From Candidatus Woesearchaeota archaeon (GTDB lineage Archaea; Nanobdellota; Nanobdellia; Woesearchaeales; JAGWAF01): DNA of 51,270 bases. Shown one piece after another: positions 9,395 through 17,918 of the stretch. Position 1 is the first letter of the stretch, and every line of letters begins with the position of its first letter. The notes beneath the pieces were generated by a model. That model saw only the letters and a program-made list of their open reading frames with translations, ran no database searches and was not told where the DNA came from. The DNA lies in contig JAGVYP010000033.1 of the NCBI GenBank assembly GCA_018303205.1, positions 1 to 51,270 on the forward strand, given 5' to 3'. The translations under genes and the position numbers were made by a program.

Positions 9395-10720
9395 ATGATA
9401 AAAAAGATTGCATTAATAGGATTGCAGGCTGGAGATGAAGGGAAAGGAAAAATAGAAACTTGGTTTTTAGAACAGCTTTTGCAAATTGCAGAGCCTTCTG
9501 AAGTGATGTCAGAGCGTTGGCATGGTGCTGACAATGCAGGACATACTGTTGTTGTAGATGGTAAAAAACATCATTTTCATGGATTACCTTCTGGTTTAGT
9601 GTATGAAGGTGTTTTCAATCTTATCAGTGGTGGTTGTTATGTTTCTCCCATAAACTTAATGAATGAAATAACAAGATTGCAAGGAGAAGGTCTTACTATT
9701 ACTTCTGAAACATTAGGTATTGCTGCCAATGCAGGATTAAAATTAGAATATCATATAGCGGCTGATAAAAAAGGCAGAGAGAAAAAAGGTACTCAAGCAT
9801 CTTCACACACTACTACAGGGTCAGGTGTTGGTCCTGCTGCAGTAGATCGTTATGCTAGAACTGGAATGAATCTCATGCATTTTATGGACGAGGAATTTTT
9901 TAGACAACAAGTTTCTGAAAAATTTCCAGAAGGAAACATTCCTGTTACCAGAAAAGAAGGAGATCAAGTGATTATAGAAAGAAAATCTCTTGACGAATTT
10001 GTAGAAATGTACAGGACTTCTAGAGAATTTTTAAGACCTTTTCTTGTTGAAGAAACTTCTGCAAGACAAGGAAGAACATACAGGTTGTATGAAGGTGCTC
10101 ATGGTGCGGATCTTGATATCATCACCGGTATGTATCGTGGAGCAACATGTTCAGAACCAACCCGAGTTCCGAATGATACTGATCTTATTGTTGGTGTTTT
10201 CAAATTATATGAAAGCAGTGTAGGTTGGGGAGATAGGGCATTTCCATCTTATTTTGGAGAAGAATTAGCAAGCCAAGTAAGGGATATATGGGGTGAGAGA
10301 GGAACTACTACGGGAAAACCAAGAGATCTTGGCTGGTTTGATATAGTCAAAGCAAAGCATAACCTTGCAGTAACTAGTGCGCATGAAATTGTCGGAACTT
10401 GTGGTGATAGATTAACTGATTTACATGGGAAAGTAGACAAAATAAAACTAGTTGTAGGATACGAAATTGATGATCAAGTTTATACAGAATGGCAGAAAGA
10501 ATTTGCAGATGTCAGATACTTAAAGAGAGTAAAATGTGTTTTCGAAGAATTTGATACTTGGGAAAGATTTACAGAAGACGATGGAACTCTTTCAGAAAAC
10601 GCAGCAAAATACGTAAACAGAATAGAAGAGTTATTGGGCAGAAAATTCTCACTATTAGGAACTGGTCCAGGTTCAAAACAAATGATCGTCTATAGAAATC
10701 CATTAAAGAGAGCTGGGTAA
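9395..10720 (+). CDS. purA: Adenylosuccinate synthetase (PurA)
   Basis: GLQAGDEGKGK (GxQWGDEGKGK), GADNAGHTVV, FHGLPSG, TTGSGVGPA and TTTGKPRDLGWFD match PurA signatures. Confidence 0.93.
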   Translation: MIKKIALIGLQAGDEGKGKIETWFLEQLLQIAEPSEVMSERWHGADNAGHTVVVDGKKHHFHGLPSGLVYEGVFNLISGGCYVSPINLMNEITRLQGEGLTITSETLGIAANAGLKLEYHIAADKKGREKKGTQASSHTTTGSGVGPAAVDRYARTGMNLMHFMDEEFFRQQVSEKFPEGNIPVTRKEGDQVIIERKSLDEFVEMYRTSREFLRPFLVEETSARQGRTYRLYEGAHGADLDIITGMYRGATCSEPTRVPNDTDLIVGVFKLYESSVGWGDRAFPSYFGEELASQVRDIWGERGTTTGKPRDLGWFDIVKAKHNLAVTSAHEIVGTCGDRLTDLHGKVDKIKLVVGYEIDDQVYTEWQKEFADVRYLKRVKCVFEEFDTWERFTEDDGTLSENAAKYVNRIEELLGRKFSLLGTGPGSKQMIVYRNPLKRAG

Positions 10721-10722
10721 AA

Positions 10723-12594
10723 ATGTCTGGCAAACCTGTTATTCCTTTGAGAGGAAGATATTCTAGTAAAGAAATGCAAGACTTTTTTCCAGCTGATCCT
10801 CAGCATGATTATCGTTTTCAATGTTCTGCTGAAATGAGAAGTGTCTTTTCTGAAGACGCAAAGTATCTTGGTTGGAGGGATATGTGGATTATTCTTGCTC
10901 AAGAACAACAAAGATTAGGATTGTCTATCACTGATGAACAACTTACTGCATTAAGAGCAACAAGAGATACTATAGATCATGATCTTGCTAGACAATACGA
11001 AAGAGCAACTAAACATGATGTCATGGCTTACTTGAGAGAATTTAAAGAAAAAGCAGATGCTATTTGTCCTGGTGCAGGAGGAATTCTTCATGCAGGAGCA
11101 ACAAGTTGTGAAATAACTGACAATCAAGAAGTAAAAGCAATGCGAAATGGTCTTGATATTCTGATAGCAAAAACACAAAGATTGCAAAGCGCTGGAGATT
11201 ATCAAGGAGTGAATGTTGCATTGACAGAATTGCAATATAGACGTAGTGCTCTCAAAGCTCGCGGAGCAAAAGGAGCTACAGGAACACAAGATAGTTTTCT
11301 TACGCTTTTTAATGGTGATCATGAAAAAGTGAAGAGTCTTGATACAGCAGTTGCTCAAGCACTTGGATTTGAAGAAAGTTATGCACTCACAGGACAAACG
11401 TATCCAAGAATTGTTGATTATCAAGTCTTAAGTTCTTTGGGAGTTCTTGCAGCAGCTTTAGCTGATGTACTTCCTCATGATGATCAAACGATGGGAGCAC
11501 TGCAAGACATTTGGAATAAAACAACACAAGCAGCACAGATGGCTTCTCAACAATGGCTAGAAAGAAGCTTGGATGATTCTGCAGAGCGAAGAATGATTAT
11601 TTCTGAAGCGTTTTATCATATTGATCATCTTCTTGAAAGAGCACTTACTGAAGAAAAAGTAGAGAAAGAAATTCCTGCTCAAAACAAGTTACCTCAGTTA
11701 GAAGAAGCATTAACGTTAGTGAGAAATAAAACTGCTGCAACAATAAGTAGAATGCATGACTTTGCAATAAAACAGAGAGATACTCTTTGCACAGGATATA
11801 CTCATGGACAATTTGCACAACCTGCGACGTATGGAAAACGTATTGATTTATGGAATTATCAGTTAGTTCTAGCACTCCAGGATTTGGAAACAATAGATAC
11901 TAAAACAGCTCCTAGTAGAGCATGGAATTATCTTGTTAATTCAAGATTAACTCAAGTTGCTATTGCTGCTGGAAAAACAGCAGTGGACATAAGATTATTA
12001 CAGCATGATGGAGAAGTGAATGAGCCATTTGCAAATTCACAAGTAGGATCAAGTGCAATGGCTTATAAGAAAAATCCTATGAAAGCTGAAAGAATAAATG
12101 GTCTTGCAAGACATAAAATAGGATCAACTATCCCAGGAACATTAAGAGATTATGATCTTTTGTGTACAGATGCTATGCTTAATTTAATGCTTGCAATATT
12201 TGTAGAAGATACACAAGATCAAACAGGATTCACTGTGCATGCTTTAGCAGCAAGAAGAAACTTAGTTCGCTACATGCCATTCCTTGCATCTGAGGAAATT
12301 CTCATGCATGCTCTTGCACAAGGAGGAGATAGACAAACTCTGCATGAGCAGATGAGGGTAGCATTACAAACAGCAAGAACAAATTTTGATAGGGGAGAAG
12401 ATGATCGAGCTCTTGACTTGCTTCTTGATGCAGGATTTCCTATTGATACATCAAGGGTAGCTATGTATCTTGATCCAGAAACACATGTTGGCAGGGCAAG
12501 AGAACAAGTTGATGAGTTTGAACAAAAAATGATACACCCTATCAGAGAAAGATATAAAGATGCGCTTCAACTTACAAGTGATGTAAGAGTATAA
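10723..12594 (+). CDS. purB: Adenylosuccinate lyase (PurB, ADSL-type), 623 aa with a non-collinear motif order
   Basis: All ADSL signatures are present: GATSCEITDN, GAKGATGTQDSF, TGQTYPR, QQWLERSLDDSAERR, YTHGQFAQPATYGKR, DIRLL, VGSSAMAYKKNPMKAE, PFLASEEILM, GGDRQTLHEQMR. They are not in the canonical order (see findings). Confidence 0.85.
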   Translation: MSGKPVIPLRGRYSSKEMQDFFPADPQHDYRFQCSAEMRSVFSEDAKYLGWRDMWIILAQEQQRLGLSITDEQLTALRATRDTIDHDLARQYERATKHDVMAYLREFKEKADAICPGAGGILHAGATSCEITDNQEVKAMRNGLDILIAKTQRLQSAGDYQGVNVALTELQYRRSALKARGAKGATGTQDSFLTLFNGDHEKVKSLDTAVAQALGFEESYALTGQTYPRIVDYQVLSSLGVLAAALADVLPHDDQTMGALQDIWNKTTQAAQMASQQWLERSLDDSAERRMIISEAFYHIDHLLERALTEEKVEKEIPAQNKLPQLEEALTLVRNKTAATISRMHDFAIKQRDTLCTGYTHGQFAQPATYGKRIDLWNYQLVLALQDLETIDTKTAPSRAWNYLVNSRLTQVAIAAGKTAVDIRLLQHDGEVNEPFANSQVGSSAMAYKKNPMKAERINGLARHKIGSTIPGTLRDYDLLCTDAMLNLMLAIFVEDTQDQTGFTVHALAARRNLVRYMPFLASEEILMHALAQGGDRQTLHEQMRVALQTARTNFDRGEDDRALDLLLDAGFPIDTSRVAMYLDPETHVGRAREQVDEFEQKMIHPIRERYKDALQLTSDVRV

Positions 12595-12647
12595 TAGAAA
12601 AATAAATTTTTATTAAGTATTTTTATAAAAAAGAAGATAAAAAAAAA

Positions 12648-14522
12648 TTAGTAATTCAACAATATTTCTACGTCTTTTCCGAAGATATTTTTCAAGTCTT
12701 CAAAAATAGGTTGTTTGATAAAGACCTTGGGTGGGATTTCCACTTTTGCCAGATATTGTTCTAGCTCTTCCAAAGAAGACTTCTGTGTTGTACCGAGACC
12801 ACCATCTTTTTCTATCGGTGCTTTGCTGATTTCCTTTTCTTCCTGATCTTTATCATGGATAATAAAAGCAACATCATCAAACAAGAGCACTTCACCATAC
12901 CTATTCCCATGTTTTACTCTGATGCGCGCACGCTCAAGTTCTCTTCCGCGCTTGCGTTGCATGTACTCAACAATAAACTTGATAAGCTCATTGGCATTTT
13001 TCTTCACGTTCTGCACATCTGCTCTGGTTAATTTGTTTGCGTCATAGTCCTTCTTTGCTTTGATCACTTCATTTAAAATACGCAAAAACTTTTCTGGAAT
13101 TCTGCCCGTATGCACTAATTCTTGTTCAAAGACTTTGATAATTTCGACGTCTGAGACTTTTTCTACACCTTCCATACGAAGACAGTCCCTGATCATGGTT
13201 ATAATAGTTTCATAGACATGCAGCATGGTATCTTTTTCTTTGATTTCTTCAATTTGCCCAAATAATTTTTTTACCCTTTGCAAGTAATCTTCAGCATCTT
13301 GGAGAAGTTCATCTACTTCTTTTCCTGACAGATCTTTTTTTGTTCCGTGCTCAAGTTCTTTTCTAATTTGGATATTTTTTCTCAGAATCTCAATCCATTT
13401 GGGCTCAAGCAATTTTAATTTTTTTACAAACATCTCCTCCATGACATCAGGAGTTTCCCTCGGTGTGGGAGGTGCTACTCCATGCATCATGATAGCAGCC
13501 TGGCTCGGAGTAAGAATTGCGTAATACGTGTCTTCCATACCAATTTCCTTAATTCTTGCTCGCACTCTTTGAATCATTTGCTCTCCGGAATGCATGAACA
13601 TATCAATGGATTCAGGGCTTGGCTTGATTTTTCCCATTCTTAGCAACTGCTTCCAAGGCATGAAAATTCCCCTGTCATAGAAGGGAACACCATCCCTCAA
13701 GAGAGTATAGATAATAGGATTTGCTTCTCTCAAAGAATCCCAGAAATCAGTAAGAATGTACACTTGAATATTTAATTTGTTTCTAATACCGGTCATGTCA
13801 CCTGCATCAAGACCCATACCAATAATAATTGCTCTCAACTTATCCTTAAGTTCTGCACGTGTCATCTTTTTTACGTCAGTATCATCAATCACAATCCAAA
13901 CATCAATATCACTGGTAGGCGTTGCTTTACCTTGGGTAAGGGAACCTGCAAGCACATAACTGACAATATACTTTTCAAACTTTTTGAGAACCATATTTTT
14001 ATGGATTTCAGCAATCTTAATAGCTTGTAACATTCCCCTATCAAAAAGAGGAGCGCCCATCGCGACAAGCGCGAGCATTTCTGATTTGCCGTCATAACAA
14101 TTCTGCCACAGCTCGGAGAGGATTATGGTTTGTGGAAAAATATTTTTATCATTTTCTTTTGCAATATTTTCCATAATTGCTGCAAGCTTGTCTTTGAGTT
14201 CTAACTTGGACATCTTTTGGCTATCACGATCATCTACGAGAATGAAAAGGTCAACACGATCTTTGTTGATCTGTTCTCCCTCTTTTGGTTTTGGCGGGGG
14301 GAGTAAGGAAATGCCCATGATATACTTGTCAAATTTTTTCAGCACTTCATCCTTGTACTTGTCCAATTTTATTTTCAATTCCTTAATTTTATCTTGAACA
14401 TCTTTGGGTAATCGTTCTAATTGTTCTTGAATAGGATCAATAGGTTTACTTTCTACAGGGTTTTGTTTATTCTCTTTTTTTGTTTCTTGAGCGTCTTTTT
14501 GTTTTTTTGCCATCGTCTTCAT
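12648..14522 (-). CDS. Fused nucleotidyltransferase (two Pol-beta-type modules, the first degenerate) plus HEPN-like protein
   Basis: LAGSLTQGKATPTSDIDVWIVIDD is the minimal NTase G-S-x(n)-D-x-D signature. An earlier module (DRVDLFILVDD) lacks GS/DxD. IQIRKELEHG...EVDELLQDAEDYLQRV fits a HEPN R-x4-H helix followed by the usual acidic helix. A second weaker HEPN-like segment is KDYDANKLTRADV...ANELIKFIVEY. Its start overlaps the upstream stop as ATGA. Confidence 0.55.
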   Translation of the reverse strand: MKTMAKKQKDAQETKKENKQNPVESKPIDPIQEQLERLPKDVQDKIKELKIKLDKYKDEVLKKFDKYIMGISLLPPPKPKEGEQINKDRVDLFILVDDRDSQKMSKLELKDKLAAIMENIAKENDKNIFPQTIILSELWQNCYDGKSEMLALVAMGAPLFDRGMLQAIKIAEIHKNMVLKKFEKYIVSYVLAGSLTQGKATPTSDIDVWIVIDDTDVKKMTRAELKDKLRAIIIGMGLDAGDMTGIRNKLNIQVYILTDFWDSLREANPIIYTLLRDGVPFYDRGIFMPWKQLLRMGKIKPSPESIDMFMHSGEQMIQRVRARIKEIGMEDTYYAILTPSQAAIMMHGVAPPTPRETPDVMEEMFVKKLKLLEPKWIEILRKNIQIRKELEHGTKKDLSGKEVDELLQDAEDYLQRVKKLFGQIEEIKEKDTMLHVYETIITMIRDCLRMEGVEKVSDVEIIKVFEQELVHTGRIPEKFLRILNEVIKAKKDYDANKLTRADVQNVKKNANELIKFIVEYMQRKRGRELERARIRVKHGNRYGEVLLFDDVAFIIHDKDQEEKEISKAPIEKDGGLGTTQKSSLEELEQYLAKVEIPPKVFIKQPIFEDLKNIFGKDVEILLNY

Positions 14523-15271
14523 ACCTCACAAGTTTGTTGTACTAAGGAATGGAATACTCCAAGAGGATCATTTCCTTCTTTGAGTTTGTTTTTTACAAAT
14601 GCAAAAGCAACATTATGCACTCCATTCAGTGCAGGTTGCACATCAAAATGATCCTGAAGTTGCGCAATATGATGTTCTCTGATCGTTTGAATCCATGCGA
14701 TGCTGAACGCGTATGCTTTTGCTTCTTCACTACGCTGATTAATGAGAGGAGGGCTCATCACATGACCGATCTCATGGCCTATGGTAAGCATGACTTGTGC
14801 TAAGCTTCCTGCACGAATGAACAATTCTGAAATGCCAAAACCCCTTCTGTTCAATGAAAATCCAAGAATAGAACCTAACATAGCCTCAGTCCTTTTTCCT
14901 GTCAAATTATGATGTAACTCGTCAAATTTTTGAGAAGGACATACGGTAATATTCATATCTTGAGGAAATGCATGACCCGTTACTTTTTCAAAAGCAGAAC
15001 AAATGTAGTGTTGTAAGGGCTCTGCATCATCAACAAAACGAGAAGGTTGCGTGATAAAGGGAAGAGGATCAAAATGATACTCAACATGAACATGTGAAGA
15101 ATATTTTTTTTCTTGAGATTCTTTTTTTTCATGAGGATTTTGATAAAAAGAAGAAGGAGAAAAGGAATGGGGTTGGGAAATAAGCGTGCTGATATTTTGT
15201 TGTGTTTCCTGATACGGTGTTGCTACACTGTACAAGAGTGTTTCCACAGTGGTGTAAGGTTGTTGATACAT
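14519..15271 (-). CDS. Putative zinc metallopeptidase (HEXXH, ImmA/IrrE-like context)
   Basis: HEIGH is encoded at 14762-14776 within MLTIGHEIGHVMSPPL. The start is set at the ATG at 15271, one nt after the upstream TAA; the longer ORF-track start at 15358 would overlap that gene. Confidence 0.5.
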   Translation of the reverse strand: MYQQPYTTVETLLYSVATPYQETQQNISTLISQPHSFSPSSFYQNPHEKKESQEKKYSSHVHVEYHFDPLPFITQPSRFVDDAEPLQHYICSAFEKVTGHAFPQDMNITVCPSQKFDELHHNLTGKRTEAMLGSILGFSLNRRGFGISELFIRAGSLAQVMLTIGHEIGHVMSPPLINQRSEEAKAYAFSIAWIQTIREHHIAQLQDHFDVQPALNGVHNVAFAFVKNKLKEGNDPLGVFHSLVQQTCEV

Positions 15272-15272
15272 C

Positions 15273-15503
15273 TTACTTAATTTCTTCTTCCAGTTTTTTT
15301 CCTGGTTTTTTTGGAGCTCCTGCTTGTTGTTTTGCCTGAGCTGCCAAGTCAATGCCAAGATCTTTCAATGCCTTAATGTGCATTTTCATGAGCTGTTCGA
15401 CAATGCCAAGAATCTTCTGCATTTCTTCGCGTTCCTTTGCCAAGGTCGTTAATGCTCCTTTATGGAATCCGATTTGTTCATCTTTGTTGACTTCTTTTGC
15501 CAT
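15273..15503 (-). CDS. Small (76 aa) predicted coiled-coil protein, first gene of the minus-strand operon
   Basis: An ORF with the heptad-like helical sequence EREEMQKILGIVEQLMKMHIKALKDL. GGGGG lies 8-12 nt upstream of the ATG. It is tightly coupled to the next gene. Confidence 0.45.
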   Translation of the reverse strand: MAKEVNKDEQIGFHKGALTTLAKEREEMQKILGIVEQLMKMHIKALKDLGIDLAAQAKQQAGAPKKPGKKLEEEIK

Positions 15504-15525
15504 GCTAAGCCCCCGATGACGAATA

Positions 15526-15545
15526 TGTCACAGTACTCTTTAAAG
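15526..15545 (-). promoter_or_regulatory. Shared TATA-proximal motif, copy 1 (upstream of the 76-aa gene)
   Basis: The minus strand reads CTTTAAAGAGTACTGTGACA, ending 22 nt before the ATG. Confidence 0.35.
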
Positions 15546-15695
15546 TGGCCTGGTTTTATATAGACATAGACACTCAAGAAAATAAGAGTGGGACAATCTG
15601 ATCATGAGGAAAGGAGTGAGAGAACATTCTTTTTATTTATAAATATTTCGTAAAATAGAGAAAGATATATAAATTACTTATCTTTAATAAGAAAG

Positions 15696-16280
15696 ATGAA
15701 ACGCGGAGAAATCATTTATAGGGAAATGCTCTATCAAGCTATGGAAAAGAAAAACAGGGTTTTAACACAGTCTTCGCTCTCAAAAGATTTGCAGATTTCT
15801 CTCAGCATGGTACATAAAGCATTATCCCCTCTTAGAAACATGGGCGCAATAGAAGTACATCAAAGAAACTTTCATGTCCTAGACATTAAAAAAATACTCT
15901 ATTACTGGGCAAGTGTTCGAAATATAAAAAAAGACGTCCTCTACGCAACAAGGACAAATCTTCCTGTAAAAGAAATAGAAAGACTTATGCCGGACACCAT
16001 CAACTTCGGAGCATATAGTGCGTATAAACTTACTTTTGATGACGTACCTGCAGATTACTCAGAAGTCTATGTCTATGGAACAGAAGAATTAAAAGAAAGA
16101 TTTCCAGAACAGAAAGGAATTCCTAATCTTTTTGTATTGCATCAAGATCCTCTTCAAAAAAAATATGGGAAAATGACAACACTTGCGCAAACCTTTGTTG
16201 ATCTGTGGAATCTGAAAGAATGGTATGCCAAAGAATTTGTTAATGCCCTGGAGAAAAAACTCAATGCAATTTTGGAATAG
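15696..16280 (+). CDS. Winged-helix DNA-binding protein (possible AbiEi-like partner)
   Basis: The N-terminal LTQSSLSKDLQISLSMVHKALSPLRNMGAIEV has a wHTH pattern. It overlaps or abuts the downstream NTase gene. Confidence 0.45.
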   Translation: MKRGEIIYREMLYQAMEKKNRVLTQSSLSKDLQISLSMVHKALSPLRNMGAIEVHQRNFHVLDIKKILYYWASVRNIKKDVLYATRTNLPVKEIERLMPDTINFGAYSAYKLTFDDVPADYSEVYVYGTEELKERFPEQKGIPNLFVLHQDPLQKKYGKMTTLAQTFVDLWNLKEWYAKEFVNALEKKLNAILE

Positions 16281-16878
16281 CCAACTGACAGAAAAAAGCT
16301 GGAATATCATGCAGGATATAAAGAAAGAAGGCTGGAGATTTATTGTCATCGGAGGCTGGGCAACCTACTTATGGACAAGACAACATAAATCAAAAGACAT
16401 TGACATCATCATTCCTGACTTTGATACCTTATCCGTCCTCAAGAAAAAATACGATCTTAAAAAAAACGACCATCTTAAAAAATACGAAATACTCTTTGGA
16501 GCTATTGATGTAGACCTTTATGTTCCTTATTATTCACAGCTTACATTACCCATCGAGATCATAGCAAAACAAACTTCCTTCGTTGAAGGATTTGAAGTGA
16601 TAAAACCAGAAGTGCTTCTCATCCTCAAACAAGGAGCAGAACAGGACAGGAGTTACAGCGTCAAAGGACAGAAGGACAGAATAGACATCATGACTTTGCT
16701 CTGCTTTACAGAGATTGATTTTGCATGGTATAGGCAACTGCTTAAAACCCATCATCTGGAACCCTATAGGCTAAAGCTGAAAAATATTATTCAGACATTC
16801 AAAGATTTGAAATACCTTGAAATGAATGCACAGAAATATGCAAAAATAAAAAAAGATTTGCTTAAAAAAATAGGATGA
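16264..16878 (+). CDS. Minimal nucleotidyltransferase-fold protein (possible AbiEii-like); start uncertain (16264 or 16309)
   Basis: IVIGGWATYLWTRQHKSKDIDIIIP fits G-G-x(13)-D-x-D, and a third acidic motif, AIDVDLYV, follows. Confidence 0.45.
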   Translation: MQFWNSQLTEKSWNIMQDIKKEGWRFIVIGGWATYLWTRQHKSKDIDIIIPDFDTLSVLKKKYDLKKNDHLKKYEILFGAIDVDLYVPYYSQLTLPIEIIAKQTSFVEGFEVIKPEVLLILKQGAEQDRSYSVKGQKDRIDIMTLLCFTEIDFAWYRQLLKTHHLEPYRLKLKNIIQTFKDLKYLEMNAQKYAKIKKDLLKKIG

Positions 16879-17118
16879 TTGAGAGATAAAAAAGTGAGAC
16901 ACAAGACAAAAGTCTAGTTTTCGTTTATTCTTATATTTTTTTTTATAAAAAATTCCAAACAAAAATACAAAAAAAGACGGATTTTAGATACGATAAGATA
17001 ATGATTAAAAAAATAAGAAGATAGAAAATACTAAAAAACATAAAAGGGTATGCACAAAGAAGGGAAAAAGAGGTTAGGAATGCTAACCTATAAAAAAAGA
17101 GAGTGTTCTAAATAAGAG

Positions 17119-17784
17119 ATGACAGAAAATGAAGAAATGAGGGATTTAGAAATAAGACTTTCCCTTGATCCTTGGGATGTTGATGCGTATATAGAAAAAG
17201 CAATGTTACTGAATGATCGAGGAAAACAGGAAGAAGTTTCTCAATGTTTAGAAACTGCAGAAATTATTACCGGTGGCATAGAAGATGATCTGGAAAGAAA
17301 AACCATACAGAGTACAATTTATTTTGTACGCTCGAAACTGGAACAAGAAGATCCACAAAAATATCTTGCAAACCTTGGGATCGTTATCCAATTGAGAGCA
17401 AGTGAAGAACATGTGGGTTACGCCTACGAACTGTTAGGAGACCATTTCTTAAAGAGGGAAGAATTTGATCTTGCCACAGAAGCCTATTGCGCCGCATTCC
17501 AAACAATGCCGACTGCAGAAGTGCTTTATAAATGGGCAGCTAGCTATTACAAAAATGACGACTACCTTGGAACATTGATTGTGCTTTTCCAACATAAAGA
17601 AATGGGTGCTACTGAATCAAGATTTCCCATATTAAGAGCGTATGCAGAATATAAATTGGGAAATATAAAAAATGCTACCGAAGAGCTTGGGAACGCAAGA
17701 GAATTAGGAAAACTTGAAGCTGACCAAGAAGAATTATTCGCATATCTTTTAAAAGAACCACAAGAAAATCAGGGAACCTGGTAG
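17119..17784 (+). CDS. Hypothetical helical-repeat (TPR-like) protein
   Basis: A 221-aa ORF with repeated A/Y/L-spaced helix pairs, e.g. YAYELLGDHFLKREEFDLATEAYCAAF. Confidence 0.35.
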   Translation: MTENEEMRDLEIRLSLDPWDVDAYIEKAMLLNDRGKQEEVSQCLETAEIITGGIEDDLERKTIQSTIYFVRSKLEQEDPQKYLANLGIVIQLRASEEHVGYAYELLGDHFLKREEFDLATEAYCAAFQTMPTAEVLYKWAASYYKNDDYLGTLIVLFQHKEMGATESRFPILRAYAEYKLGNIKNATEELGNARELGKLEADQEELFAYLLKEPQENQGTW

Positions 17785-17918
17785 CTGACCTTCTCCCTTC
17801 TAAGAAAAAAAGAGAAAACTCCTTCTAGACTTTTTATTATTATTTTAAAAAAAAAAATGAAACAAAATAAAAAAAGTGAAGAAAGGAGAAAGAAAAATTA
17901 AAACAAATTAAAAAAATG

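Noticed and set aside
10951-11424. A 157-aa antisense ORF inside purB, and many similar ORF-track entries. Examples: 543-767, 3310-3615, 32172-32576, 33397-33735, 39196-39846, 40187-40471, 43186-43449, 27595-28487.
   Set aside because: They lie antisense to, or out of frame within, strongly supported genes. They have low-complexity (Leu/Phe/Ser/Lys-rich) translations typical of shadow ORFs in AT-rich DNA.
14519-15358. The longer ORF-track starts for several genes: 15358, 24207, 33800, 42223, 46663 and 16225.
   Set aside because: The extensions overlap the upstream gene or the divergent promoter and encode non-conserved residues. In each case an internal ATG sits right after the upstream stop, or at a signal peptide or conserved N-terminus, so I used that instead.
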